A stretch of DNA of 35,601 bases from Octopus bimaculoides (GCF_001194135.2 NC_069001.1:21709297-21744897); one strand, 5' to 3'; shown: positions 1-11,975, counted from the first letter of the stretch. Made by a program: numbers and translations. The notes: generated by a model from the letters alone, not told the origin.

Positions 1-40
<40 letters not shown>

Positions 41-544
41 ATAATTGGAAAGTTGTTAGAACCCTAAGAAAGCTGTTTAGAAATGAGTTGCGCCGTCATT
101 TGTGCCCAGCTGTGTCGGCCTTTCACCAATTTCTCGATCTCCCTGTCGATAGTCGGTCAATATACAAAGCACCTCATTAACGCTTTCATTCTGGACTTTC
201 CCGTGAGCCCGCAGTGGAATTGTTGCAATACTCGTTTCTGTAGAGCACTTGGTACTACTCTCTGTCCGTACCTTAAGACATTGCATAGTGAGAAATTGTT
301 TGAATTTGTATTTTTATTATACCTATTTTTCAATGTTTCTTTCAGTCTTGTAATGTAACTATCTTCTATGAACTTCATTTTTATAACACCCGCTGTTACC
401 AGGAGTTCATGGGTTATATTACACACAATACCTGTTACTTCAATTTATGACTGCAATGACGCTATCACGGTCTCTTTTAGCGGTTCCACGCAATTGGGAA
501 TTAGCGTCGACAAGCCGTCTGCATGACCCAATTTAATGGATCTC

Positions 545-1155
545 TCGTTTAATGGTACTCTCAATTTATGTATATTTGGAATGTACTGTTAATAGTAATT
601 TACTAGGCCAAGGAAAGCTTGTAATGTTGGTATATTCGTTGGAAGAAAAAAAAAGAAAAAAAACTCACACGCTCTTCACTGAGTGTAAAACCATAATCCT
701 TAATTTTTTCAAAGACACATTTCATATGTTCGATATGCTCATTCCGTGATTCGGTTTTGATTAACACGTCATCAACGTAAGTAATAGCAAACTGACAGTC
801 TGCCAACACCGCGTCCATCACCTATTGAAATATTGCAGTTGCTACCTTCAATCCAAAAGGTAGTATATTGTATTTGCATAAACCTCTGTTCGTGTTGACC
901 GTTAACAGCTTTGAGCATTTATTTTTATCTATGCGTCAGACCGATCTAGTTTTGAAAACTCTTTTCCTCCGTTTAGTTTTGTAAAAACATGTAGGATCGG
1001 TAGTGGATAATCATTTTTAAACAGCCATTTAAATCGGTCGACAAATCGGCACACAACCTAATTTTGTTATTTTTCCTTTTTATACATACAGTCGGGGTTG
1101 CCCATTTCTCGTAATTCACTTTTTCAATGACGCCGCTTTTTTCCAATCTGTCCAA
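545..1155 (-). pseudogene. Gypsy reverse transcriptase remnant
   Basis: WATPTV/IRLCAD, LPFG, YVDD (~765-780) and 'LQAFLGLVNYY' motifs across several frames. Confidence 0.85.
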
Positions 1156-1373
1156 CTCATAGTCAACTTACTTTATTGCCGCAAAAGGCATTTTCATATT
1201 AGTTTTCAACATAAGTGTAACGTTATCATTTAATTCAAAACACGCTTCACTCTTTGTGCATAAAGCTAGTTTGTCCGAGCTTAGTTTCAAAAACATTAAA
1301 AAAAAATTTCTCTTTAAACCTTCAGACGAATTCTTTTTAGAGGGACAACTGTTTACGTTTTTACAATAGAGAT

Positions 1374-1700
1374 TTATGGGGAGGTCCCATAAATCGAATA
1401 ATTCAAACCAAACAGATCGGTTGCATTTTTAACGACGTAGAATTTCACCTTGCATGCTTTCCCTCGAAATGTGATCTTAGTCCACATTTCGCCTATGAAA
1501 TGTAATTTGTCGCCCGTCTCCCTACGAGAAGATTTCGTTGTTTCTCTCAACATTGCTTTCCCTATTTTCTTCCATGTGTTCATACTTTTTATTGAAATAT
1601 CGCTTCCAGTATACGATTGAAGTTCAATATGTATTCCATTTATTTTTACGTGTACGAACGTTCTTATTTGGGAGACGATTTTTGTTTCTGGTGAGAGCAC
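1374..1700 (-). pseudogene. Gypsy aspartic protease remnant
   Basis: 'VHVKINGIHIELQSYTGSDISI' matches the degenerate LQLDTGSDISI motif, followed by 'GDKLHFIGEM' and 'TDLFGL'. Confidence 0.75.
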
Positions 1701-2124
1701 TCTAGGATTGTTAACGTTTGGCCTTCGGAAGTTTGTTCTGTAGTGTGAATTCCTGTGACCAATTCTTTTGCAACTGTAACATTTTTGATTTTTAAATGGA
1801 CAGTATTTTCTGAAATGTATACCCCGTCATCCATAACATGGATTAGAACATGGCGCTCTTTTTTGTTTGTACTTATCCTCTCGGCATATCTGTATTTTTG
1901 AGGAATCTTTTCTTGAATTTTTTCTACATCGTGTTTTAGGTTTACCATCCTTTGACATTCTTTTGCCACGGCCTTGGTTCGCTTGTTCCAATTTAGAATG
2001 GATCCTGGCAAGAATTTCTGTATCTTCGCTTCTTGTAACGCCTTCTACGAAAATAAGACACTTGCACATCTCAGGTGTTAGTACTTTGAAATCGCGATAC
2101 ACAGATATTGTCTTGAGCTCATTG

Positions 2125-2222
2125 GGAGTGCTAGATTCCCTTGTTTGAAAGTATAAGGACAGAGATTGTGTCGTATAGGAAGCTGGAGACGATGTCTCCT
2201 GGGGTTACATTACAGCAACATT
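2125..2222 (+). repeat. Fragment of the repeat family that carries the 22811 hammerhead; this copy lacks the ribozyme
   Basis: Aligns by eye to 22870-22970, sharing TCCCTTG, GGACA.AG, TGTGTCG, AGCTGGAG..GATGTC.TCCTGGGG.TA and ACAG.AACAT. Confidence 0.7.
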
Positions 2223-2581
2223 AGTCCTAAGCCAGAACTGCCATATTATGTTGGCAAACAATCTTTACTACTAAGTTCTTTGAATTTAAACATTTTAAGC
2301 TTGGCTTAAAACTAGTTTTTCGTAGACAGGCACATGCCCTGATAGTTCATACTATAACACCAGAGGAGCAGTCCATCGTAGTAGTAAATCATGGGTAGGT
2401 TGATATCCAGCGATGTTATATTTGAACTTAAAGTAAGATAGAAGAGAATAGAATCAATATGTTAAAGATGTTTCTAGGGATTGGAGATCAGTAAGTGCAG
2501 TATTGTACTTTGTGCGCATATATATACACAAATAAGAAAGTGTTAGCTAATGCATATTAAATACCAAAATTTTACGTTATA

Positions 2582-2800
2582 TTGGTTTCAAATTTTGCTG
2601 CAGGGCCAGCAATTATGAAGTAAGGAGTAATTTAATTACGTCGACCCCACTTATCAACCGGTACTTATTTTATCCATCCCCAAAGCATTAAAGTCAAAGC
2701 CAACCTCCTTAGAATTTTAATTAAGAACGCTAAGACGGACGAAATGTTGCTAAGCATTTTTTGGGGGGCCGTGATAACTATTCTATCAGCTCACCGTCCT
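2582..2800 (-). mobile_element. tRNA-derived SINE family A, degenerate copy
   Basis: Similar to 7819-7975 and 27701-27910: GGTACTTATTTTATC, AAAGTCAAAGCCAACCTC, AAGACGGACGAAATG..GCTAAGCATTT. Confidence 0.7.
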
Positions 2801-3059
2801 AATTTCTAATTATTAATGTCCATAAAGTTTTGGCGGTTAAGTTACTAAATATGTATTAATAGATATTTTCATAATGCTAGAAGGAATATAAATTTTCAGG
2901 ATATCTCCCTATCTCTGAAGAGCTATTATGAACTCTCACTTTCATGACTTTTTCGTATTTTTTCTCCTTACTTGTATTCATATTCACCTCTTTATAACTA
3001 TTTTATAAATGTTTTGATGCTATTAACAACCGCATTTCAATTTATTGTACTTGACATGT

Positions 3060-3390
3060 ATAAATGCACACACACACACATACACATACAAACAGGTATA
3101 CATATATATAGATTTATGTAAGGACAAACTTGTCTGTATGAGCGTGTGTATGCGTGTGTGCTTGTGTTTCTATGCGTGTATGCATATGTACGCCTGTCTA
3201 CACTAGTGCGCAGCATATGTAGCATGCGTAAAATGTATTAAATAACTTCTGGTATCGCTTCTACACGCGCGTGCACACACACACACGCACGCACGCACGC
3301 ACGCACTCGCACACACACACACATACACACACACACACACACATACACACGTATCCATATGTACACGTTCACGCATAAACAAATACACAT
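3060..3390. repeat. Compound (CA)n/(TG)n/(CACG)n microsatellite region
   Basis: Direct inspection. Confidence 0.9.
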
Positions 3391-3834
3391 ATTTGCATTA
3401 GACTTTTATAGTGGTACAATGAGCTTCGATTTTTTTTTTAAATCCACACTCAATTTCCTATTACATATATTTTATGTCAAATAGCCCCCATGCGACGGTA
3501 AGTCTGCATTTTGAGCAATCCACTACGACTGGAAGTCTATATACTCTATAATCCGCTGCAATTACGTTGTTGTCGGTTGTTCAATTTAACTCAAACTTTT
3601 GCATTTACATCTAGAAAATTAAATGAGACAAACTAGCTGCGAAGCCAATGAATTATTACTCGGATAGAAGTTACTGAGGAATTCAGAGGTGACATTACTA
3701 CACTACTCGACTAAAGTAATATGAGTTAGTTAACAATGTACATAGAGGCAGTGATCGAATTGAAGAAGGTAGTGTGCGGCGAATGGTTGTTAGGAATAAA
3801 AACCAATAGTCAGGCGTGGACATTAGATAAATGC

Positions 3835-3835
3835 T

Positions 3836-3922
<87 letters not shown>
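3835..3922. repeat. (AG)n microsatellite
   Basis: Direct inspection. Confidence 0.98.
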
Positions 3923-3924
<2 letters not shown>

Positions 3925-4500
3925 GGGTGGGAGAAAGAATGAAAGAAAGAATAGAAAGAGAAAGTATGTAAGGAGTAAAGAGATGATTGAATAGGCTGAT
4001 GGAAATTCAACGTGGTGTCAGACTAAAAATTTCAAAACGTGGAAGAGATAGTAACCAGCTGGTGAAACGGACGAAAATAGCATAGGAAAAGAAAAAAACA
4101 TGGGAGCAGTAATGAGGAAGATTAAGGAAAATCTAAAAGAAATCGGAGGAAGAGACACTTTGGACAAAAATTGGCGATTTAAAGAATGGAAGATAAGAAA
4201 CAAATTCTGTCAAAAACGAAATAAGAAACTTAATATTTTATAGCTCTTGTTTAAAATTATATTGTCTAGGTAAGGACTACACACACGGATACACACACGG
4301 ATACACACACACATGCGCGCGTGGTTCAAAATTCTGCAAAAGCTAAAAGCAAGTTCTATTAGTTTGTGGCATAGGAAAATGGATGTCTTTGACGTTTCTA
4401 ACCTACGATTTTCTACACAATGAAATAAGGAAAGAGAGAAAAAAATAAACGATGCGAAAAACATGTCTATAGTCTACATAAGAACTATATACATATTTCC

Positions 4501-4761
4501 TGTTGTGGTGAGAGCCAAAAGACCCCCTGCGTGAATAGACGTAAAAGAACGACTATAAATATTTGCGGTCTGAGTGAGAGACAGAGAGAGTAGGCGTTAA
4601 TCGCAGAAAGGTGTCGTTTTGATAGTTTGTCGGAATATCGTTTGTTGGTTCGTGCATAGTTCGTGGAAAGTTTATTGGTCTGTTACATTGTTGTTACCCT
4701 GATTCGTTATATATTTTATTGTTACTACAGGGTTATAGTGTAAAAAGGTATCGTCATAACA
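4501..4761 (+). mobile_element. LTR (5' LTR of a truncated LTR retrotransposon)
   Basis: Starts TGTTGTG and ends CATAACA (imperfect terminal inverted repeat, TG..CA). It has an internal TATAAATA at ~4554 and is followed by a PBS. Confidence 0.7.
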
Positions 4762-4780
4762 ATTGGCGATACAACCATAT

Positions 4781-4793
4781 TGGCGACGAGGAT
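4781..4793 (+). promoter_or_regulatory. Primer-binding site, probably tRNA-Ser(GCU)
   Basis: TGGCGACGAGGAT is the reverse complement of the metazoan tRNA-Ser(GCU) 3' end ...AUCCUCGUCGCCA (from memory). It lies just 3' of the LTR, and a partial TGGCGA copy sits at 4764. Confidence 0.7.
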
Positions 4794-4849
4794 TCGAAGA
4801 TCACACAGATCAGTTAACAAATTTTTGTGATACAAAGTTAATTATGGAA

Positions 4850-5360
4850 GACCTCCCTATCCTGCACGGTGTTGTTGCTAAAACAATTTACAATGCCATT
4901 CGCAAAGAGGACTGTCCTGAAATAAACATAAAATATCCCTGTTATAGAATACATTCATAAACACTAACTAAAGGAATACTGGTGGAATATTCCTATCAAA
5001 ACCTCTGTCAAACGTAAGCATAACAGGCCGGATATTGTTGTTTGGGACAGAGAGGCAAAGGTATATACCATCATAGAGGTTAGCTTCTCTGCAGAAAATC
5101 AAAGAAAATCAAAGAAAAAGAGGACATCAATGGACAATTGCTTCGAAACCTCCAGCTTCTATATCCAGAATATGAATTCATATTCATACTAATAATAATT
5201 GGAGCACTAGGTTTTGTTCATAAGTGGTTAAAGGAGAATCTGTGAGTGGAACAATAAGTTCCAAATGTGAATTTGTCTGTGTTAACTACTTCCCAAAGAT
5301 GGAGCCTTGTATCTTGTTGGAAACCGGCTCCCTCTACAGTGGAAGATTTATAATAATTTA
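4850..5360 (+). mobile_element. R4/Dong-type non-LTR retrotransposon 3' fragment (REL endonuclease), followed by a (TACA)-rich tract
   Basis: 'LPILHGVVAKTIYNAIRK', 'KEYWWNIPIKTSVKRKHNRPDIVVWDREAKVYTIIEVS' and 'QLLRNLQLLYPEYEFIFILIIIGALG' across frameshifts. Homologous to 16733-17300. Confidence 0.85.
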
Positions 5361-5490
5361 AAAAATTGAAGGGACACATACATATATACATACATTCATA
5401 CAAACATGCATACATACATACATGCATACATGCATGCATGCATGTATGCATGCATACATACGTATATACATACTCTTTTATACGTATGTA

Positions 5491-5617
5491 NNNNNNNNNN
5501 NNNNNNNNNNNNNNNNNNNNNNNNNNNNNNNNNNNNNNNNNNNNNNNNNNNNNNNNNNNNNNNNNNNNNNNNNNNNNNNNNNNNNNNNNNNNNNNNNNNN
5601 NNNNNNNNNNNNNNNNN
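5491..5617. other. Assembly gap
   Basis: Run of N flanked by microsatellite. The other gaps are at 8131-8256, 11976-12516, 20261-20270, 21359-21467, 22461-22643 and 34244-34466. Confidence 1.
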
Positions 5618-7092
5618 AAAAATTTAATAAGTAAATACACCAAAGCGATCAATAATAAAAATACAAAGTAAAAAATATTAAAATAACAAAACGAATACAC
5701 GTGTTTCATAACCACATTTTCAAATAGAAAATCAAATCAAATCAAATCGATTAAAATAAATCGATCGAAAATCAATACTATTCAAAAATATAGCTAATCA
5801 TCGGGTCAAAATACAATAATAATAATAATAAAATAATAAAATAATAAAATTTAAGGCGGTTTATTATAATTATTAGAATATTCATTATTGAAATCGATGC
5901 AGAATAAATGTTAACATGTTTCACAATCTGTTATACTTTGAGCAAAACCGTAAAATTTATTGGAGGATAAATTTCAGAAAAGATGTGAATGAAAGAAATT
6001 ACAAAGTTAATGTTAACTATTGTAAATAAACATCTCTTGAAAATTTTAATCTCACAATATAAAATACTTTTCGTGTTGCGCATAAAGATATTTGAAAAAT
6101 ATTTTAGATAATACAGAAGCACGTGAATAAGAGACAAAAAACCTGTTTTATAAAAAATATTTCCATATTATGTGTCAAAATATATTCAATATAAGCTTAA
6201 TTAAATTTACTGGAGAACAAACTGTTATTTATGTTCATAGCTAAAGTTATTGTATTATGAGTTTAAAATTTTCTGTAAATATTTATGTAATGTAATTGAA
6301 CAATAATGTTGTGAGACTGCATATACAGGCATTACTTTATTGTTTCCCTTATTAAGAAAAATATATGTCACAAATATCACAGGTAATAAACTTGCTTTAA
6401 TTATTACCATGTGGGAATGTTAACAGTAACTGGATATGTATATTAAACAATATATGCATTCATGCACCCACGCAACTAGGGACCAAATTTAGATCTCATG
6501 CTGTTTTAACATCCTATTCCCACGCCATCCCCGTTTGTGTAACTATCACAGAAACGAGTTCCGCTCATTTGCAGGCACATGTATACCATTATTCTAATCT
6601 ACACATTACATATATTTCTCTACATGTCTCATATACCTATTTACTCAATAGTTTTTCATTTTCCGAATGCATTTTATTTCGTAAAACCAATATTTGCAAA
6701 CTTTGAATACAATTAGTGCGACCCGTGTAAATTCTACAGAATGAAAAAATATTAAGGGGGCTTATTTTAAGGACCTGTTTAAAAAATGACTTGCATTTTT
6801 GTAGCATTTTTAGTCTAGCTTTCTTTAAATATACTTTGCCTACATTTAAATCCTCACGTTTCTGACGGCGTTCTCTCCTTTCTCATTATATTATATCTTC
6901 TCGCTGTTCCCCTCTGATCTGTTCTCTATATTTGCGTTTCTTTTATTGAGTAGCTTGAAACCGTCCTTCTAGTGAATCCATAGTTAAAACTAAATTAAAC
7001 CTTTCAAACAAATATCAATTTTCAATCGAGAAGACAAAAATTGCACTTATGCGCATGCGTTATCTCAATAAAAAATACTTTTCACTATCAAC

Positions 7093-7230
7093 ACACCACC
7101 ACCACCACCACCACCACCACTACCAGCAGCAACAGCAGCAACAGCAGCAGCAACAGCAGCAGCAGCAGCACCACCACCACCACCACCACTACCACCACCA
7201 CCACCACGAATACTACCATCATCATCACTA
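7093..7230. repeat. Compound trinucleotide microsatellite (CAC)n(CAG/CAA)n(CAC)n(CAT)n
   Basis: Direct inspection. Confidence 0.95.
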
Positions 7231-7449
7231 TAGTTTTCAGTAACAAAGCTCATTTCATCCCAGCTGTTTATGTTCACTACTCTAATGATTCAAGCTCTAT
7301 CTAACTTTTTCTCTCCTACTCTCTCCTTCTCTCTCCCTCTCTCTTTCTCCCTATAACTGTCTCCTCTGTTCCTCTCTCTCTATCTGCCTTTCTTTAATTC
7401 TACCTCCGAAACATCAACCTCTACTAAATATTGTATCCTAAATATAGTA

Positions 7450-7592
7450 GCTGTGTGGTAAGTAGCTTGCTCGATAGAATAAATACTAGGCTTACAAAGA
7501 ATAATTCCTGGGGTCGATTTGCTCGACTGAAGGCGGTTCTCCAGCATGGCCGCAGTCAAATGACTAGAACAAATAAAAACATAAAAGAAAAG
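7450..7592 (+). mobile_element. SINE family B, internally deleted copy (head fused to 3' module)
   Basis: GCTGTGTGGTAAGTAGCTTGCT joins directly to CGATAGAATAAATACTAGGCTTACAAAG...CCAGCATGGCCGCAGTCAAATGACT; compare 12524-12928. Confidence 0.85.
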
Positions 7593-7818
7593 AACATCTC
7601 TTCCTCTTTACTTTCTCTATTCTTTCTCTCACTCTTCCCTTTCTCTCACACTTGCCCCCCTCTCACTCACTCCACCACCTCTCTAACTGACTGAAGTATA
7701 ACGGGTAAACAAACAAGCGGAAATATATATAGATATTACATTTCAAAATAATTTATCAAAACTGCACTGAGTATTGTTTCTATTAATAATTCATTTTAAT
7801 ATGGATACAAGACATGGA

Positions 7819-7975
7819 ATCGACCCTGGTGCTCAACTGGTACTTATTTTATCGACCGTAAAAAGATGACAAGAAAAGTCAGCCTCAGCGGAATTTGAAC
7901 TCAGAACTTAAGGACGGACGAAATGCCGCTAATCCCTTTGGCCGGTGTGCTAACGAATCTACCACTTAGCTTGCC
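7819..7975 (-). mobile_element. tRNA-derived SINE family A
   Basis: The minus strand has a B box (GAGTTCAAATTCC) and the body GTCGATAAAATAAGTACCAGTTGAGCACCAGGGTCGAT. Confidence 0.85.
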
Positions 7976-8538
7976 TTAGTGTGTCTATTAAACGATAAAA
8001 TAGAACCGTATCACTTTTACAACCGAACACTCGCTCATTCTCAAATATGAATACTTATATTTACCTGCAAACTCGTTGTTCTCACTCATCCTATATCTTC
8101 AGATACATTTATATATATATATATATATATNNNNNNNNNNNNNNNNNNNNNNNNNNNNNNNNNNNNNNNNNNNNNNNNNNNNNNNNNNNNNNNNNNNNNN
8201 NNNNNNNNNNNNNNNNNNNNNNNNNNNNNNNNNNNNNNNNNNNNNNNNNNNNNNNNGTTTTTTGTATGATTGTGTGTAGAGGAATATATTATTTTGCTTA
8301 AAAGAGTTCCAACACTGTCTGTTTTTTAATGTTTTATTTATATTCCTGCAGAACTAATGTGGGGTATAGAATATGGAATATACAATACATAATATGATAT
8401 ACAATATACAATATAAAATAAAATAAAATAAAAATGGATGGCACCATGAAAGAAAGTATTGAATGTAGATGAAATATTGAGTGTTCAATATAAAGGATCA
8501 AATATATAAATATATAAATATAAATATATATATATAAA

Positions 8539-8578
8539 GGCGACTCGAGTTTCAGGGCTATTTCCCTTCGTCATGGCC
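8539..8578 (-). ncRNA. Minimal type-I hammerhead ribozyme motif with a 1-nt core insertion
   Basis: Minus strand: GGC-C(A)TGACGA-AGGG-AAATAG-CCCT-GAAA-C-TCGA-G-TC^GCC. Confidence 0.7.
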
Positions 8579-8635
8579 GGTATGACAGACTTTAACAGAC
8601 TGTATATATATACACACACACATATATGTGTGTGA

Positions 8636-8806
8636 TTGTGTCTGTGTCTGTGTTGTCCCCCACCATCGCTTGATAACCGATGTTCGTGTGTTTACGTCCC
8701 CGAAATTTAGCGTTTCGGCAAAAGACACCGATAGAATAAGTACCAGGCTTACAAAAAATAAGTTCTGGAGTCGAAAGAACTAAAAGAACTAAAGAATAAA
8801 AGAATA
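8636..8806 (+). mobile_element. SINE family B 3' module
   Basis: Matches 12720-12928 (TCGCTTG..AACCGATGTT.GTGTGTTT.CGTCCCCG, GATAGAATAAGTAC.AGGCTTACA) and has an AAAGAAT tail. Confidence 0.85.
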
Positions 8807-10263
8807 CACTGCGTATGAAATTATTAACGACGTAACCTTTTTTTTTTATTCAAAAATTACTCATTGGAATTCAACGAAATTTCCTCAGATTGTTGACAAC
8901 GGTTATATGCATGTGGTGTGTAAAAAGCATAAGGTTTTGCATAAGTGTAAACAAAGCGCAGTCATTTGCATGATTTCCACAAACTTTCAATATTCCAAAT
9001 TATTAACTGGTGGTCTGATAATCGTGTAGTTATGGGTCGTAAATGTGACATGACTTCTTCAGAGAAATCTGTTATTATTTTTGAAGTTGCAAAACCTAAA
9101 TCAACATTAGAACTATCTACGAAGATACGTAAGAGAGCCGACAAGGGCCAGTCGAGGGCTGTTTCTCAACTTTCTCTGTCACGAATTAAGCGTGAAACTG
9201 TAAAGAACTCAGATCTTATATCTGGAGAATTTTTCAAGCACATTAGCTAAACAACTGTATCCAGAACTTCTCAATGTCGTCTTCTGAAAAGGGTCGTTAA
9301 ACCAGTGATGTCAGTTAAAACGCCTCCTTTAAACAAAATACACAAACATAATCGTCTGAAACGGGCAGAAGATAACATGAAGGTCGATTTTCAAAAGTTT
9401 TGTTTACGGACGAAACTCTTGATTGGCCTGATGGTTAAAGCAAGGGTTGGGTTATAAATGGACTAGAAAGCCATCAACGCTTGAGACGCCAACAAGGAGT
9501 AGGAGGCATTATAATTTGAGTAGGTATTATGGTTGATTCTCGGAAAGTGCTGGACGGTGTTAAAATGGTTACGGATATTTACATAGCCTTTATGAGGGAA
9601 CACCTTCAAACTTGGTTAAAAAAGCAAAGGAACCCCTTCAAGACAACCATAATATTCATGCAAGATAATGAACCCTCGCACTCAGTGAAGAATCCTATAG
9701 AACATTGCAACAATTAGGCCTCTGTGGACTTCAGAAGATGACGTGTCCTGCCTGTTCCCCCGATTTAAACTCAATAGAAGACTTGTGGAGTATTCTAAAG
9801 TGATGAGACTACGAGAATGGATGCCAATGTAGGAGCAAGGATGAACTGTGGCAGGAAATAGTGGATGTATCTCGTGGTATACAATCAGAGGAGAGCAAGA
9901 AATTAACATGTTCCATGGACCAGTGCCTTTTCCAGTTTATCTCAAAATCTCATCTATCTCTTATTAACCAACTCACCTATAAGTTTCGGACGCTGTTTAT
10001 TTGTTTATTTATATTTCTTCCAATTAAATTGGTATTTTCTTTTTTGCATGAGTTTTAATTCCACCTCGCTAATAATTTGAAACTGGAAGTTTACGTAAAT
10101 CTGGTAAGTGGCCGTAGTTTCTGTGTTGTTTTACGGAACCTCACGCTTTTTACACACCACGCGCATGTAACTGTTATTCTTTTAAGATTTCGTTGAATTC
10201 CAACGAGTAGTTTTTAAATAAAATTTTAAAAAATGTTACGCCGTTATAATTAGAAACGTAGTG
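8807..10263 (+). mobile_element. Tc1/mariner DNA transposon, degenerate, with ~130-bp TIRs and TA TSD
   Basis: The left end TA|CACTGCGT..TAACGACGTAAC..TTGGAATTCAACGAAAT..GTGGTGTGTAAAAAGC mirrors the right end ..ACGTAGTG|TA. A transposase lies inside. Confidence 0.92.
9032..9965 (+). pseudogene. Tc1-like DD34E transposase, frameshifted
   Basis: MGRKCDMTSSEKSVII; (F)TDE; RQQGVGG; IFMQDNEPSH; PACSPDLNSIEDLW. Confidence 0.9.
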
Positions 10264-11554
10264 TATATATATGTACGTATATATGTATATGTACACACAC
10301 ACACACACACACATTTATAAATATATCTTCACTAACGCCACTATCATCTACACCACCACATCCACCATTACTATTATGTATTGAGTGTGCATGATATAGC
10401 CAGCAAATGGTAACAATAGACGTTTTAAAATATTGTAAACAGACAAAAATTTTACGCGATTATAACGCACGTTTGCTCACAATTTTACTGAAAAAAATTT
10501 TCGACATTGGTTTCATGTTCTAGAATTTTGTCTACGATAACAGCCACGCATTACATCAGTTTTAGGAATTATTGATATCGCTATAGCAGCAGAGTTTAAT
10601 GTTGAGACGTCTCAGTGTTTGCAACAAAGAAAAATCAGATGATTGAATCACTCAGCAGGATAAAAAAACAAAAAACAAACAAACAAACAAACACACCAGA
10701 ATTTGTAGAATTACGTCTGTACTTCTTGGTTTATGTGAGCCGTACATAACTTGGATAGTTTTATTTCACATTAATACTTCTTTCGAAAATAACATTTCAT
10801 TTTCTATCTTTCACTTAAAATAATAATTAATTCCAAATTTGTAACTAATTTACTCATGTATATTCCTAGTCAACCAGGCGGCAAAACGTATTATCTTGTA
10901 TCTGATTTCCCTCTCCGGTGCACTTATTGAATTTTCAATATTTTATGCTTCTCTCTCTCTCTCTCACACACACACACGCACACACACATACATACACACA
11001 CACAGGTACACACGCATACACACACACAAGTACACACACAGCACGGTAAATTGATATGAACACAAAGCCAATACGTGTAACAATTTAGTTATGCACGCGT
11101 AAAAAGCAGCAACAGGAATTTTGCTCATAACGTTACATGAATGCCGACATGACTATGTATTTAAGAAGACTGATTCATATGCACCCATTTTCCAGTTCGA
11201 TTACTTTGTGGGCAACATTTTAAAGATCGTTCTGCAATACCTCGGGGCAACAAATACATTCAGTGTAACATTTCCTAAATGGACACTTCTCGAAAACCCA
11301 CCGCAATGTATTTACATTTCCTTTTTCTCTTTAAAATCAGAGTTAATTTTACCATGCCACTTTCCTTGTTGTAAGGTAGTGAAGGAAACCGTCTTGTTTA
11401 TTCATTATCTTTTTAAAATTTTAAGAAGGCCTTGCAGATTTTTATCGTCCCAGATATCGTGATTATTTGTAATATATGGATTAAAGAGCTGCATTTCCTC
11501 CCCTGAAGTCTTGTTCAGCCCAGGTGGGATGGTGCGTATCAAGTAACTCCAAAA

Positions 11555-11935
11555 GCTGCTGGCATTCTGTCCGTTCCGTCGACGAAGGTTCCAGTTGATC
11601 CAATCAAGGGAACAGCCTGCTCGTGAAATAAATGTGCAAGTGGCTGAGCCCTCCACAGGTACGCGGGCCCTTAACGTAGTAGATTCTCAGGTAGAGGGCT
11701 GCTGATTTCCTCGACTGGGCAAGTTTTTTTTTTCTAGTGGTCCCTTGCTGGCTGTCTTCAATTTTATGTTCCAATATTGGTCTTTTGACGAGTTAGTTTC
11801 AATATAGAAATCTTTGCATGCCGGGCTAATGTTTTCTTTCGTGCCATTCTGCTCCGGATTATTCTGTTCTTTACATGACACTTCATGGGAGATTAACATT
11901 GAGAAGACATTCTCTCGCAGTTGGCATTGTTAAGG
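11555..11935 (-). mobile_element. Degenerate retroposon 3' end, possibly an RTE-like LINE C-terminus plus a tail typical of a further SINE/LINE family
   Basis: The minus strand has weak RTE C-terminal-like coding. The tail CTACGTTAAGGG..CTGTGGAG.GCTCAGCCACTTGCAC..ATTTCACGAGCAGGCTGTTCC..GATCAACTGGAACC is recalled as an abundant octopus repeat end (unverified). Confidence 0.4.
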
Positions 11936-11938
11936 TTC

Positions 11939-11975
<37 letters not shown>

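Larger units (their letters stand above)
60..2120 (-). mobile_element. Degenerate Ty3/Gypsy LTR retrotransposon internal region (gag-PR-RT-[RNaseH mostly deleted]-IN N-terminus); LTRs not identified
   Basis: Minus-strand frames give gag-like 'KCLIFVEGVTRSEDTEILARIHSKLEQ', protease-like 'IELQSYTGSDISI', RT 'DRLEKSGVIEKVNYEKWATPTVCIKRKNNKIRLCADLS', 'LPFGLKVATAIFQ' and 'YVDD', the RNaseH end 'GHADGLS', and integrase zinc-binding 'LQKRVLQQFHCG..GKSRMKALMRCFVY*P'. The order is Gypsy-type, with many stops and frameshifts. Confidence 0.9.

Noticed and set aside
2240-2250. TGGCAG on the minus strand as a possible PBS of the 60-2120 Gypsy
   Set aside because: The match is too short, no LTR boundary is evident, and an unrelated repeat fragment lies between it and gag.
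7041-7304. Poly-His/Gln/Thr/Gly ORFs
   Set aside because: They are translations of a trinucleotide microsatellite with no non-repetitive coding context.
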